Source of the DNA: Porphyridium purpureum
Lineage: Eukaryota
Length of the DNA stretch: 64,000 nucleotides
Direction of reading: 5' to 3'
NCBI GenBank assembly: GCA_008690995.1
Contig: VRMN01000002.1
Location: forward strand, 1,612,001-1,676,000
Part shown: positions 11,413-21,979 of the stretch, piece after piece
How the letters are laid out: every line of letters begins with the position of its first letter
Numbering within the stretch: position 1 is the first letter of the stretch
Notes under the pieces: generated by a model
Seen by the model: only the letters and a program-made list of their open reading frames with translations
The model's database searches: none
Told to the model about the DNA's origin: nothing
Program-made: the position numbers and the translations under genes

Positions 11413-11970
11413 TCACTCACGCATCGATGCTGTCGATCTGCCGGCCGGCTGGCGGTCGCCGGTGCGACCGGGTGGTGCACTGCCTGGCGCCTCATCGCGT
11501 TTTTGCCTCATAAGCTTGGCCTTTTTGCGGACGAGGACATAGAATACGCAGTAGATTTGTACGCAGAGAAGTATCCACAACATCCAGAAGAAGAGTCTGG
11601 TCGAGCCAGCATACGCGAGCGTCTCTGCTTGAACCTTGCCGTCTGAGGAAGCCTCGCCTAACACGCCGGCGCGGCTGCACAGCCAGCTCTGCATTGTCCA
11701 TAGGACTACCAAAGCGAGCAGCTGCTCGCGCGAGTAAGTTGCCATTGCGCTGACCAACATCACCGCGCAGAGCGACACGATAGCGGTCTTGTTTTCGAGC
11801 CTGGCGGCGTTCGTTTGCGTGAGCCAATGCGCGCCTGGAAACGCGCTCAGCGCACGGAACATTCCCGCAGGGAATTCGTGGCCCAGCAAATTTGACAACC
11901 CCAGCGTAAAGTACACCATAGCCAGAACCGTCTGCAGGTTCTCTGCCACGAGTTTCTGCGCGGTCACCAT
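11413..11970 (-). CDS. Hypothetical multi-pass membrane protein
   Basis: ATG MVTAQKL at 11970 and 3-4 hydrophobic segments. Confidence 0.55.
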   Translation of the reverse strand: MVTAQKLVAENLQTVLAMVYFTLGLSNLLGHEFPAGMFRALSAFPGAHWLTQTNAARLENKTAIVSLCAVMLVSAMATYSREQLLALVVLWTMQSWLCSRAGVLGEASSDGKVQAETLAYAGSTRLFFWMLWILLCVQIYCVFYVLVRKKAKLMRQKRDEAPGSAPPGRTGDRQPAGRSTASMRE

Positions 11971-12040
11971 GCTTGCTCTCTTGTGCTTCCCCCCTTTCAG
12001 AGCTCTCAATCACCTCTATCGATCTAAACTGCGAGACTTT

Positions 12041-13879
12041 TTATTTTTGTTCGAGGCCGAGCTTCTTCACTAAGGCCTCCACTTTAGATGACTCAACGAG
12101 CGAATTGACGCACAGAAACGCTGACGCTGCGACGGCCGGCACGCCGATCCCGGGCACCACCGAATCGCCGACGCGATACAAGTTTGGTACATGCGTGGCT
12201 GGTCCCGGAAAGCGAGCAGGCGCTGCTATGGCAGGGCCGTACGAGCCTCGGTATCTTCGCGTGTACCGCTCATGCGTGAGTGGGGACCCGATCTGCTCCA
12301 CTTCGACGCGTGCGTCAATGTCTGGAATAATCTCGCGCAGAGCACGGTACAGCGACGCGACTCGCTCGCGCTTCTTTGCGTCGTACTCCCGTCTCATCTC
12401 TTGCTTCTGCTCGACAGACAACTTGACACGCGAGCCACCACGTCGCGCGACAAGCGTCGGATACAGCGGCACATACTTTTCCCACTCGCCATATTCCTCC
12501 AGAGTGTACAAGTGGGCCACGTGCTTGCCCGCAGGTGCCGCGCCCGAGTCCCAGACGGACGCGATGCTCACCATTACCGTGTTGCCCGGGTCCTCAATTG
12601 ACTTTGAACAGTCGAGAACCAAAGCATGGTGACCGTCCAGTTCACTGCTCAACCCGCTGGCATCAAATCCGACATGCAAATGCATGAACGAGCTGACCGC
12701 CGGAGTCGCATCCACATGCCTGGCGTACTTGCTGTCCGCACGCTCATTCTCATTCAAGAGCAGGTTCTTCGTGTCCCACACTGATGCGTTTGAGATAATC
12801 AGAGGAGCACGGATGACAGGATTTTCACCCCTTCTCATGCGCACGCCGGACGCCGCGCCGTTGCGATCCAAAACAACCTGCTCCACGTGGGCGTTTAAGC
12901 GGATTTCGCCGCCGTATTTGCGCACGCCCTGCTCAAGCGCATCAATAATTGCACGAGTACCATGCACAGGAAATTCCGTGAGTGAACGACTGCGCTCCCC
13001 CACCATAAAGGCAACCTCAGCCGTGATCGTTCTGTCTGCCAGCATACCCGAGAGCAGAAACGCTTCCAGGTCGATCACGCGACGCACATCTTCGTGCTTG
13101 ACACCTAATCGAGCTAGCGTGCGGCCCAGCGGCGCTTGAACGTCGGACACAAACGGTAGCAGCTTGAACATGGACCATGCGTGCTTCGTGAACAGTCGCA
13201 GCGCGACACGTGGGCTCGCCTCAAGCGTCGCGGCAGGTACGCCTTCCATTCCTTCAAAAATTCGGTTCATCTGCGAAATGAATGTCTGCATCTGCTGCCC
13301 AGCATTATGCCCGAATGCCTGACCAATGGAGCGCACATACTTTGCGTTGTCTCCGAAAATCTCGACGCGCTTGAATTTTCCGGTGCCGTTGTGATTGCCG
13401 AAGTGGTACACAAACTTGTCGTAGGGCACGCACTCAACCTGCAGCCCGGCAGCGTCGAATACCATTTTCAGTGGATTCAAACTCTTTCTGTCCGGACTAG
13501 CGTCCGTGAGGCCGCAGTAGAAGCTCGGGCCCGTTTCAAACACGTACCCGGCTCGCTCGTACCCGTGTGCGACTCCGCCGCTCGTGGAATGCGACTCGAC
13601 CACCAGCACCTTGCGCCCATACACGCCGAGAAGTACGGCTGCACACAGCCCGCCAATACCGGCGCCAATCACAACGGCGTCGTATGGCCCATCGCTGGTA
13701 TCGCTAGTATTCTCTCGTACCGCGGCCGAACACGCGATGTGCGATCGCCGCCACGGAGAACAAATCGGATGTACCTTTGAAGCGCGCGTCCCAGTGGAGA
13801 TCTGCGCACGCGCCAGGCTTGCAGACGCAATCCCGCCGCCGCCGCCCGCAGACGAAAACAAAAAGGACGGCTGCGCCAT
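12041..13879 (-). CDS. Carotenoid isomerase/phytoene desaturase-family (CRTISO/CrtH-like) FAD oxidoreductase, plastid-targeted
   Basis: Rossmann motif DAVVIGAGIGGL, GYVFETGPSF, SFMHLHVG, GSPLTHERY..GSYGP and LYRVGDSVVPGIGVPAVAAS. Ser/Ala/Arg-rich transit peptide from MAQPSFLF. Confidence 0.88.
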   Translation of the reverse strand: MAQPSFLFSSAGGGGGIASASLARAQISTGTRASKVHPICSPWRRSHIACSAAVRENTSDTSDGPYDAVVIGAGIGGLCAAVLLGVYGRKVLVVESHSTSGGVAHGYERAGYVFETGPSFYCGLTDASPDRKSLNPLKMVFDAAGLQVECVPYDKFVYHFGNHNGTGKFKRVEIFGDNAKYVRSIGQAFGHNAGQQMQTFISQMNRIFEGMEGVPAATLEASPRVALRLFTKHAWSMFKLLPFVSDVQAPLGRTLARLGVKHEDVRRVIDLEAFLLSGMLADRTITAEVAFMVGERSRSLTEFPVHGTRAIIDALEQGVRKYGGEIRLNAHVEQVVLDRNGAASGVRMRRGENPVIRAPLIISNASVWDTKNLLLNENERADSKYARHVDATPAVSSFMHLHVGFDASGLSSELDGHHALVLDCSKSIEDPGNTVMVSIASVWDSGAAPAGKHVAHLYTLEEYGEWEKYVPLYPTLVARRGGSRVKLSVEQKQEMRREYDAKKRERVASLYRALREIIPDIDARVEVEQIGSPLTHERYTRRYRGSYGPAIAAPARFPGPATHVPNLYRVGDSVVPGIGVPAVAASAFLCVNSLVESSKVEALVKKLGLEQK

Positions 13880-14049
13880 CGAGGCGGCTCTAAATTCCTG
13901 GTCTCGGTCAGAATATTTAGTGGAGGGTTGAGCTATGCGTGATATTGGACACATTTGCATGCGTGCGTCGTGTTGGTCATTGAACAACAGACGGTAGCGG
14001 TTGCACTGCGCGTGCGAGTTCCGTACGAGGAACCACACAGAGGAAGTGA

Positions 14050-14961
14050 TCAGGTTTTAACCTTGATTTCACAAACTGTGCGGTCCCAACTGCCACTGAA
14101 CAGGCGGCCGGGTGTGGTCTCATCCCACGCCAGCGCGCGCACAAAGTCACGATGGTTGAAGATCTGCTTGTCGACTTTACCCGTGTCGATGAGTACGGTA
14201 GCGACGCTGGGCGTGTCGGTTGCAACGGCTACAAGGCCGGGATTGTGGGGACAAGCCTTGATTTTCCGTACGGGCCCCCGGAACCCATCTTCTGTCCAGA
14301 GCGCCGTTGTGGCGCCCGCGCGCAAGTCAAACGCAACAAGCTCATGTGCCTCGGTTCCGGCCACGATTCGCTCGCCGTTGCGGCAGAACACCGCACAGTA
14401 CGCCATGCTTCCCACGGCGGCTGAGTAGGTTGGCTTGGCGTTTGCGAGGTTGCGTGTATCCCAAACGCGCACCGTGCCGTCGCCACTCGCGGTGAGCAGC
14501 ATGGGCCCGCTCCAGTCGACCGAATTGACGGCACTCGTGTGGGCTGTCAGGCGGGTGGCTTCGATACCGTTCAGTTCCATCAATCGCACTAGGTCATGCA
14601 GCAGCACCATTCTGTCGGTACCCGCGGAAGCCGCCGTGTCACCAGACGTCGCAACCGCAGTGACCGGGCCGTTATGCGCGCCAAGCAGCGGGATCGGTGC
14701 GCCTTCGTGGACGATGCGGACATACCCATCATCGCAGCCCGCCAGAAACTGGCCCTCGCGAATCGGGCACAGATCTGCCAAGCTACACTCGATTGGAATT
14801 TCCGCCAGCGGCTGGCTCGCGCCGAGCCCAATCCCGTACACCTTGCCTTCCCACACGGAGCCCGTCAAATTCGACGTCGCGACCACGATATTCTTCCCGT
14901 CTCCGGCGGCGGCCACCGCGTCCACGGCCATGCTCAGCCGCCATTCCTTCACCGCCTGCAT
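14050..14961 (-). CDS. WDR77: WD40 protein, methylosome protein 50 (WDR77/MEP50)-like
   Basis: WD repeats (AHTSAVNSVDW, TASGDGTVRVWD). SNLTGSVWEGKV and HRDFVRALAW..SGSWD resemble the MEP50 termini. Confidence 0.7.
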   Translation of the reverse strand: MQAVKEWRLSMAVDAVAAAGDGKNIVVATSNLTGSVWEGKVYGIGLGASQPLAEIPIECSLADLCPIREGQFLAGCDDGYVRIVHEGAPIPLLGAHNGPVTAVATSGDTAASAGTDRMVLLHDLVRLMELNGIEATRLTAHTSAVNSVDWSGPMLLTASGDGTVRVWDTRNLANAKPTYSAAVGSMAYCAVFCRNGERIVAGTEAHELVAFDLRAGATTALWTEDGFRGPVRKIKACPHNPGLVAVATDTPSVATVLIDTGKVDKQIFNHRDFVRALAWDETTPGRLFSGSWDRTVCEIKVKT

Positions 14962-15522
14962 TGCGCACGCCCGCACGCCCACACTCCACGCGACGCGCTC
15001 CACCCAACACGACCCAACTCCACTCCGAGCTTCGCGCGTGCGGACGTGCCCGCACACGTCTGGCGCACTTCGATCAAGTCGGCACTGTACACAAATTTAC
15101 CGTCGGGGTACAGTCCACACTAGCTAAAATGCCACGTTCGCATATGGCTCGCGTCTTCTGTTTCTGCACACGGGCTCTGCTCGCGCCGCACCCCGTGGGA
15201 CAGGACAGGTGCGCGTCCCGATAGACATGCAACACGCTCGCCGCCGTGCGCGCGATAATGCGGCCACGTTCCTCGCTCGTCTGGATGCCGCGGTCTCTAC
15301 ACTTTGGGACCAACACGGACTCGCCGGCTGTCGCGCGCATGGAGCTCACTCGAGCCAAAAGAAGAAAAGTAAAAAAAAGAGGGACCAGGAAAAACAGGAG
15401 ACGCTTCAGTGCATACGCCGTGCAAGTGCGTGTAAAAATGAAAATGGCTCGGGATTTGCCTCCACGTAGCGAGGAGAATGTCAAGCACCGGAGCGTAAGA
15501 CCGCAGTCACAGTTGGTACGAT

Positions 15523-17862
15523 TCAGTAGAAACACTCTGAGCGGAACAGGATGCGAAGTCCGATCTGGTCAATGTGCTGCGCGACCTCGTTCTCATGAGC
15601 ATGCTCCAGGGCCGACTGCAGCGATCGGATTCTCCAGCGAGCGCAAGCTTTACGAACATCCTTGCCCAGACCCGGCGGCCCGCAGCAGAACACGCCCACC
15701 TGCGCCTTGGCCGGAAAGCGACCAGCGATCTCGTCAAACAGTTCGTCCCAGTTGGGTCGCCCCGCAAACGATGACATGTGGTCCAAGTATGCACCGCTTA
15801 GCACTCGCTGCACAGGTGGCTCGACACCTTCCTCAGCGCTGCCGTCAGGACTCGAAGGCTGGTTTGCTGTACCCGGCGCCTGCAAAAATACTTCAACATC
15901 TGTATCGTCAATCGAGTACTCGGCCTGCGAAACAAAGCGCCAGAAGCGCAGTCCATGCAGAGGCTTCAAATTGAGATCGCTGAGCTCTCTTAACAGCCAG
16001 TGGTCCTGATTTTGCTCTGGTGTGACCCACACAAAGTCGACAGTTTTGGTTTCTCGCTCCGTGGTCTTCATGCATCCGACGTCGCCGAGCAGAAGCATAT
16101 GTCTCCAGCTCCGAAACAAGTGAACTGATGTGCAAACAATGGACAGCGGGATCAGCACAACCAGCTGCACCGCGCCGTGTATTTTCAGAGACACGCACAC
16201 CTGATTCAGCAGGCCCAGTACCGAGCTGGTAAAGCAAGTGCAAAACAGGATGATCGTGTCCATGTCCAACCACGATGCAAAACGCCTGAGCCACACGCTC
16301 GCCGCAAGAATCACGCTGACTACTAGCAGCGCCACGAGTGAGAGCGCAAAGTCAAGCCAAGCGATTGCGGAGGTCGAGTAAGGCATGAAACCTTCAGAGT
16401 ACATGTGCACATCGTGCAGTGTCACCATGGCTAGCAGCAAGCCTACTCGGACCAGTTGCACCCAGGATGGAAGCATGTATGCAAGAACGCCCGTGCACAC
16501 GTGCGACATATCTGTCACGTAGAACGACAGCGCCCGTGGCCTAGGGGGGACATCCGACAATGTGGTGGCTGTGCTGGAAAGCGATATGCTTTCCAAGTCG
16601 ACATCCATCGAAGCCGTCGTTCTCCCTAGCCCATCGCGGCAACGTTCGACGTGAAAGGCAGAAATGCTGTTTGTCCCGTCGTCAGCCTCATCACTGCTCG
16701 GTCCGAGCCCATCGCTGCTCGGAGGGTCCAACAAACGACAGCTCTCTCTGATCGACTTTCGGCCGCCGGTCGTGTGCAGCTGATGCACGTGATCACGGAT
16801 GAGGGAAACCATGGGCGTGCATCCAATACCGCCCCCAACAAAGACAATGTGCTCAAATTGCCAGCTGAGCGCAGAGGGAGACCCAAAGGGGCCACTGACG
16901 GAAACAAAAAGACTAGTGCGACCAAGTCGCACCAAGTCGAACAGGGCAAGCGTCCAGTCGCCGCATACCTTGATGACAAACACAAGGCGATCATCACCGG
17001 GGCTGCTGATGGGGCTGAAGGGGTGCCACTGAAAGCGACCGAGCTCCGGAATGTTCAGTTTAAAGTACTGGCCCGCCCTATACTGCGCGGAACACATCGG
17101 CAGTTCAACGACCACAAACTTGTGCGCTTCGCTAGCACGCAGCGACGCCATATGCACAGGAAGAACGTTGCGCTTTTTGCGCACCAGACGCACAGCGATG
17201 TCCAAGACGTACAAAAGTATGCCTGGAAGGACAAAGTACCATGTACTCAGGCGACGATTGTGTTGGCCATGCAGAATGAGCGTGGCAAAGAAGAAGACGG
17301 CTCCTGTGATGTGCACCACCCAAAACGTTTCAAACTTGATCAAATGGCCGCGCACTTTGCGGAGTGGCACCACGCTGAGCAGGCCCAACGTCACCCACAT
17401 CAGCACACCTGTCGCAAACTCGCTTGTCGCGCCCGTCACGCCGCCAGACCACGGTGCATAAATCACATAGAGAGTGAGCTGGAGCGCGCCGTGCCCGATC
17501 GCCCCAATGAGAATGAGCAGGCCAATCAACGCGTGCAATGAACGGCCACGATCGAAGCGTACAAAGAAGCTCGCGCGCGTTGACTGCACCCACGTCCACA
17601 GCGCGTGTAAAACTGGCAAAAGAACCAACGCGCAATTCAAATTGAGCGACGCGCCAAAGCCGCGTGCAATCGGCAACAGCACACCCTTGGCGCCGTCGTA
17701 GTCCTTGTCCATCTCATCAGACGCACCAAGTAGAAACAAAGTGACATTCAAAATAGCATATGCGAGAAGTAGCGTCAGCTCAAACGCGCGCTCCTGCGCC
17801 ATATGCTCTGCCTGCCAAAACACATTCAGCACCCGCCTCCGTGTTGGGCGGGAACCAGCCAT
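15523..17862 (-). CDS. RBOH: Respiratory burst oxidase homolog (NADPH oxidase/ferric reductase family), red-algal type
   Basis: Paired heme His in two TMs (HALIG..IGHG; VVHIT..ILHG), FAD motifs QWHPFS and SGPFG, NADPH motifs GGGIGCTP and VFCCGP, and C-terminal ECFY. No EF-hands. Extra hydrophobic insert in the NADPH domain. Confidence 0.88.
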   Translation of the reverse strand: MAGSRPTRRRVLNVFWQAEHMAQERAFELTLLLAYAILNVTLFLLGASDEMDKDYDGAKGVLLPIARGFGASLNLNCALVLLPVLHALWTWVQSTRASFFVRFDRGRSLHALIGLLILIGAIGHGALQLTLYVIYAPWSGGVTGATSEFATGVLMWVTLGLLSVVPLRKVRGHLIKFETFWVVHITGAVFFFATLILHGQHNRRLSTWYFVLPGILLYVLDIAVRLVRKKRNVLPVHMASLRASEAHKFVVVELPMCSAQYRAGQYFKLNIPELGRFQWHPFSPISSPGDDRLVFVIKVCGDWTLALFDLVRLGRTSLFVSVSGPFGSPSALSWQFEHIVFVGGGIGCTPMVSLIRDHVHQLHTTGGRKSIRESCRLLDPPSSDGLGPSSDEADDGTNSISAFHVERCRDGLGRTTASMDVDLESISLSSTATTLSDVPPRPRALSFYVTDMSHVCTGVLAYMLPSWVQLVRVGLLLAMVTLHDVHMYSEGFMPYSTSAIAWLDFALSLVALLVVSVILAASVWLRRFASWLDMDTIILFCTCFTSSVLGLLNQVCVSLKIHGAVQLVVLIPLSIVCTSVHLFRSWRHMLLLGDVGCMKTTERETKTVDFVWVTPEQNQDHWLLRELSDLNLKPLHGLRFWRFVSQAEYSIDDTDVEVFLQAPGTANQPSSPDGSAEEGVEPPVQRVLSGAYLDHMSSFAGRPNWDELFDEIAGRFPAKAQVGVFCCGPPGLGKDVRKACARWRIRSLQSALEHAHENEVAQHIDQIGLRILFRSECFY

Positions 17863-18893
17863 CCTGCCTTGAAAACAGGTGGGGACCAGTTCGCGCAGTC
17901 AACGGCCCTCTGCAGACACTCTATTCTTACTTGGTCTAGCCTGACGGGTGTCGCACCGCATCAGCCCTCCTCGAGAGCGGTCGGCGCTTCAGCCGTGCGA
18001 CGTGGCGGGCCAGTTTAAGAAGCACAAACAACAGGCACGTTCAAACCCTTTCCATGTGCCCGGGTTGCAAGTGCACGTGGGTTCTTTTTTCTCTTGAACC
18101 CGGAACGTGAATCACAGGTTATGTACAGACTCACAGCGGATCGATCTGGTCGGCCACAGAGAGGGAAAAAAATAAAAAATCAGCGGCATACGCACTCGCG
18201 CCAACTCGAAACAGACTGAACTAGCTCACTGCGTAAAGCCTTTGTACCCCCTGTACCACGTTCGCGGAGTGAATGAAGGCTGCCAGCCGACTCAGTTGGC
18301 GTCCCTTCATTCCCCACCGACCAAACTCGCCCACCAGCCAGCCGCACGCGTGGCCTGCTACGCACCGTGCTACTGTATCATGCCTATTTTGCACGCCCGG
18401 CGTACAACCCCACCGTCCGCCAATCGCGGCCTTTCCGGCCAAGACCAAACTCGAGCAGACGCAGCGACGCAAGAATCAAGAAACACGCCAGGCGGAACAT
18501 CAACTCGGAGCCACTGGCACGCGATGACCTGATGGCACGACGCGCATTCGCGTGTTTGCGTGGCGGACGACTGCTCGCGTTCCTGGATTTAGCGTGTGTT
18601 TGAGAAGAGCGTGCGACAGCAAGCCGCACACGACTTGAGACGCGCGCGCTTGGGCACTGCGCTCATTCATGCGAGCGACAGACGCGGCGCTCACCGCGCG
18701 TCGCGACACCCGGAACGCTTGGTTGGGGTCGAGGACCGACGCACTGAACCGGCAACGCTGAACACCCGCGCGCGAAACGCCGAAGTTCAGTGTGTACAGT
18801 TCGAATCACAGTACACTAACTGAACCATCGTGCTGTCTGTCCTCCCGTCCGACTGTCCGTCTGCCCGTTCGTGTGCACGTGCGCGTCGGCCAC

Positions 18894-20603
18894 TCAAGCT
18901 GAAGGACTCTTACGTGCCGGAAAGCGTCTGGGTCCAATGTCATACTTGAGCACGCGACAGTCCACATTTCCAATGCGCACAGGCATGCGGCGGTCCGCTT
19001 TGAGACGAAGGAAGCGCGAGTAAAAGCTGCTCCCACTGAGAAGGTACGCGCTGCTTTCGGGTGCGCATTCGCGCAGAAAGTTGCCCAGCGCCTTCCAGCT
19101 CTGCTCAGTCCCCATGTCGCTTTGGTCATCACCGTCGTACGCTGCGTCGCTGCTGAACAGCTCGTCCGAGCCGTCGTTCAGTCGCATCCCCCACGGAGGA
19201 TTGCTGAGCGTGAGCACGACCGCCCCGCAAGTCCATGCTAGCCCAGTCATCGACACCTCGCCCGGCCGCGGCACGTCGAGTACGTCCGAGTTCGTCCATC
19301 GTATGACATCGTCCAGACCGGCGCGTACGCTGCCTTTCTGAGCGAGCCGCACACTCGCGCCGTGCACGTCATTACCCCAGAAATCAAAGCGAGCGGCCTC
19401 GCGCCGACAGTCATGCGCGTGGTCGAGCAAGGCCTGAAAAGCTTTCGCATCGTGATCTGGCCAGCACTCAAAGCAAAACTCCTGGCGGAACAGCCCCGGT
19501 GCAATCTGGAGGTCTAGTAGTGCGGCTTCACAGAGAAGCGTGCCCGAACCACACATAGGATCCACAACCACCGGCTTCTTTTTGCTGCCTTGGAAACGTT
19601 TTGAGATGTCCGGCACGAGCTCGGTCGGAGTCGCGCCGCTCATGTAGAGCATTCCAGCTGCGACAGTCTCGTTAAGACTTGACCTGTGCATAGCCGACTC
19701 GCCTTTGTATCCACGCTTGTGTAAGGAGGCACCCGCGAGGTCTCGGTACACTCGCAACTCGGTGCGATTCAGCGTTATGAAGAGGGGTACATTCGCCTGC
19801 ACATTCTCAGCGGGGGGCAGCGGCTTCTCGCCCACCGCGGCGCGCAGCGCGTCACACACAGCGTCCTTGACACGAATGCGAAGAGTATTCTGGTTCAGCA
19901 TTTCGCCCAGGGCGACGCGAGTCGTGACGCTGATTGTCATGCCAGGTAGCACGACCGCACTCCAGTCCACAGCATTCTGAACCGCCTCGTATACCTCCTG
20001 CGCTGGAGACGCGTCCGGATTTTCAGGCAGCTCGAGCACGGCCAATTCAGCCAGCACCCGTGTGGCTGTACGGCTCCATAAGGACGCAGCATAGCCACCG
20101 GCAAGCGCATTCGCTGAGAAAAACACGCCGGACGGGAGCACCTGGTGCACGATCGTCCCAAACTGCCGCTGGCCCGCGCGCTCATACTGAGGATCGAGCT
20201 CCATCGCCAGGTATTCGCCCAGCCCGCGGGCACATGTTGCAAAGAACACTGTATGGCCAACCGGCACTTGGTCTCTCCAGAACTCCTCATTCTGCCTGAC
20301 TGTGGCGTCCGACGGAGCCGGATACGGTGCCGGCGGCGCACGCGACACACGCCGCTGCCTATCAACGCTGCCTCGACCTTCTCTCTTGGCTGAAAAGTCG
20401 CGGCCACCGCCAGTCCTATTCCAGCCGCTTTCAAGTCCCGCCATGCGCACCGTAATCGTGATGACACGCTGTTGCCGGCTGGGACTTGTCAGCGCCACAC
20501 GCGTCGCGCGCGCCGCGCCAGGCCAGGCGGCGCACACGCTGACCCCAGAAAATGGCCAGCATGTTTGTGGTGCGGCAGGGTGAACTGAGAAACACACGTC
20601 CAT
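18894..20603 (-). CDS. THUMP-domain rRNA m2G methyltransferase (RlmL/YpsC-like), probably plastid-targeted
   Basis: FFATCARGL..YLAMEL, LWSRTATRVL, SLHKRGY, LNETVAAGML, DPMCGSGT and SNPPWG. N-terminal transit-like extension. Confidence 0.88.
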   Translation of the reverse strand: MDVCFSVHPAAPQTCWPFSGVSVCAAWPGAARATRVALTSPSRQQRVITITVRMAGLESGWNRTGGGRDFSAKREGRGSVDRQRRVSRAPPAPYPAPSDATVRQNEEFWRDQVPVGHTVFFATCARGLGEYLAMELDPQYERAGQRQFGTIVHQVLPSGVFFSANALAGGYAASLWSRTATRVLAELAVLELPENPDASPAQEVYEAVQNAVDWSAVVLPGMTISVTTRVALGEMLNQNTLRIRVKDAVCDALRAAVGEKPLPPAENVQANVPLFITLNRTELRVYRDLAGASLHKRGYKGESAMHRSSLNETVAAGMLYMSGATPTELVPDISKRFQGSKKKPVVVDPMCGSGTLLCEAALLDLQIAPGLFRQEFCFECWPDHDAKAFQALLDHAHDCRREAARFDFWGNDVHGASVRLAQKGSVRAGLDDVIRWTNSDVLDVPRPGEVSMTGLAWTCGAVVLTLSNPPWGMRLNDGSDELFSSDAAYDGDDQSDMGTEQSWKALGNFLRECAPESSAYLLSGSSFYSRFLRLKADRRMPVRIGNVDCRVLKYDIGPRRFPARKSPSA

Positions 20604-20833
20604 GGTTCGCTACAACCGTCGAGTGCGCTTCTTCACACTCCAAGCGCAAAGTCGCCGCCACATCTGCTGCCGCCGCGCATCGCGCACGTCCAAAAGTCGC
20701 CGGTCGTTTTGAATGAAAATCACAAAATAGCCGGTTTTTGTGATTGTTAGATATGGCGGCGAGGTACAGTGGATGATGATGGTCACGCACTTGGTGGGAG
20801 CTGCGGAACATGGGACAAGGCGAGTAGAAGCCG

Positions 20834-21883
20834 ATGACGACTCTGCGCTGGCTGCGTCTGGGATGGATCCTGGCGTTTGCTTGGTGTCTGCTTCGATGCG
20901 GCACTCTCTCATTCGTAAATGGACATGAACGGCCGCTCAATGCGTCTAGCAGGCCGTTCCGGGTCGTGTTGTCCACGTGTTTGTGGCAACGCGCCGAATT
21001 GAGCGAGTTTGTCCTCTCGCATTACAGAAATATGTCTCTCGAGCTCGCTGCACGGCAAGATCCTATCCAGTTAGACATGGTGGTGGCTGGGTCAGAGGAA
21101 GAGGCGCGCCGTGTTGCGCAAAATTATGGCGCGTTCTATGTGGACGTGCAGAATGAGCCACTCGGACGAAAGCACAACGCAGCACTTGCTCTGGCGCGGG
21201 AACAAGCGCCCGACTTGGATGCTTTGGTCGTGGTCGGATCAGACGATGTGGTCAACGCAAACTACTTCGTGATGCTGCGAGACGCTTTCACAGGCGCATC
21301 CTTTGCGCTGCAGTCGCCGCTACCACTAATGGAACCAGTGCCGCAGACCATCCAACCCAGGCACCACGTGCTTGGTCTCCTCGATATCTACTTTCTGGAA
21401 TTGAAGTCTGGGCGGCTTGTGTATAGCGCTGGTTACAAGACATTTGAGAACCCGATATTCGGATCCATGGGGCTCGGACGTGCGTACTCGGGCGCGCTCT
21501 TGCGTCTCTTGGACTGGACCTTGTGGGATGACGACCTCAACAGTCGCCTGGACCGCTCGGCGGCCACCAATCTGATCACGCGGGCGCCCTTACCCGCTGA
21601 GAATGCACTGGTGTACTTGGGGAAGCACCATGACGTTGTTGCGGTTGACATCAAGACGGCCGCCTTTGCGTCTAGTGGGCTGGGCAATAATATTTGGTCG
21701 TTCGACATACTGCTTGAAGCTTCGTCAAAGTCTGGCCGACTGCACGCGTTTGAGGACATCGATGACGTGCCGTCTTTTTTTCAGACCCATTTCAGCGGCA
21801 CATTCTGGACCGCCTTGCTCTTGTTAAGGAACGAGTTGATAGAGAAGGAACGACGAGCTAAAGCCCCACACGACGAACTTTGA
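20834..21883 (+). CDS. Putative GT-A-fold glycosyltransferase with an N-terminal signal anchor
   Basis: Hydrophobic N-terminus and NEPLGRKHNAAL..VVVGSDDVV (DxD-like), followed by GLGRAYS..LDWTLW..LD. Confidence 0.6.
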   Translation: MTTLRWLRLGWILAFAWCLLRCGTLSFVNGHERPLNASSRPFRVVLSTCLWQRAELSEFVLSHYRNMSLELAARQDPIQLDMVVAGSEEEARRVAQNYGAFYVDVQNEPLGRKHNAALALAREQAPDLDALVVVGSDDVVNANYFVMLRDAFTGASFALQSPLPLMEPVPQTIQPRHHVLGLLDIYFLELKSGRLVYSAGYKTFENPIFGSMGLGRAYSGALLRLLDWTLWDDDLNSRLDRSAATNLITRAPLPAENALVYLGKHHDVVAVDIKTAAFASSGLGNNIWSFDILLEASSKSGRLHAFEDIDDVPSFFQTHFSGTFWTALLLLRNELIEKERRAKAPHDEL

Positions 21884-21979
21884 CCGTCAAACTTTTTTTT
21901 CGGTTCCGACTTCAACAAGGGCTTTAATTGTGGTCGAAGCAAATTTGCTGCGAGGCCTTGACCAAGAGAAAAGTACAGC

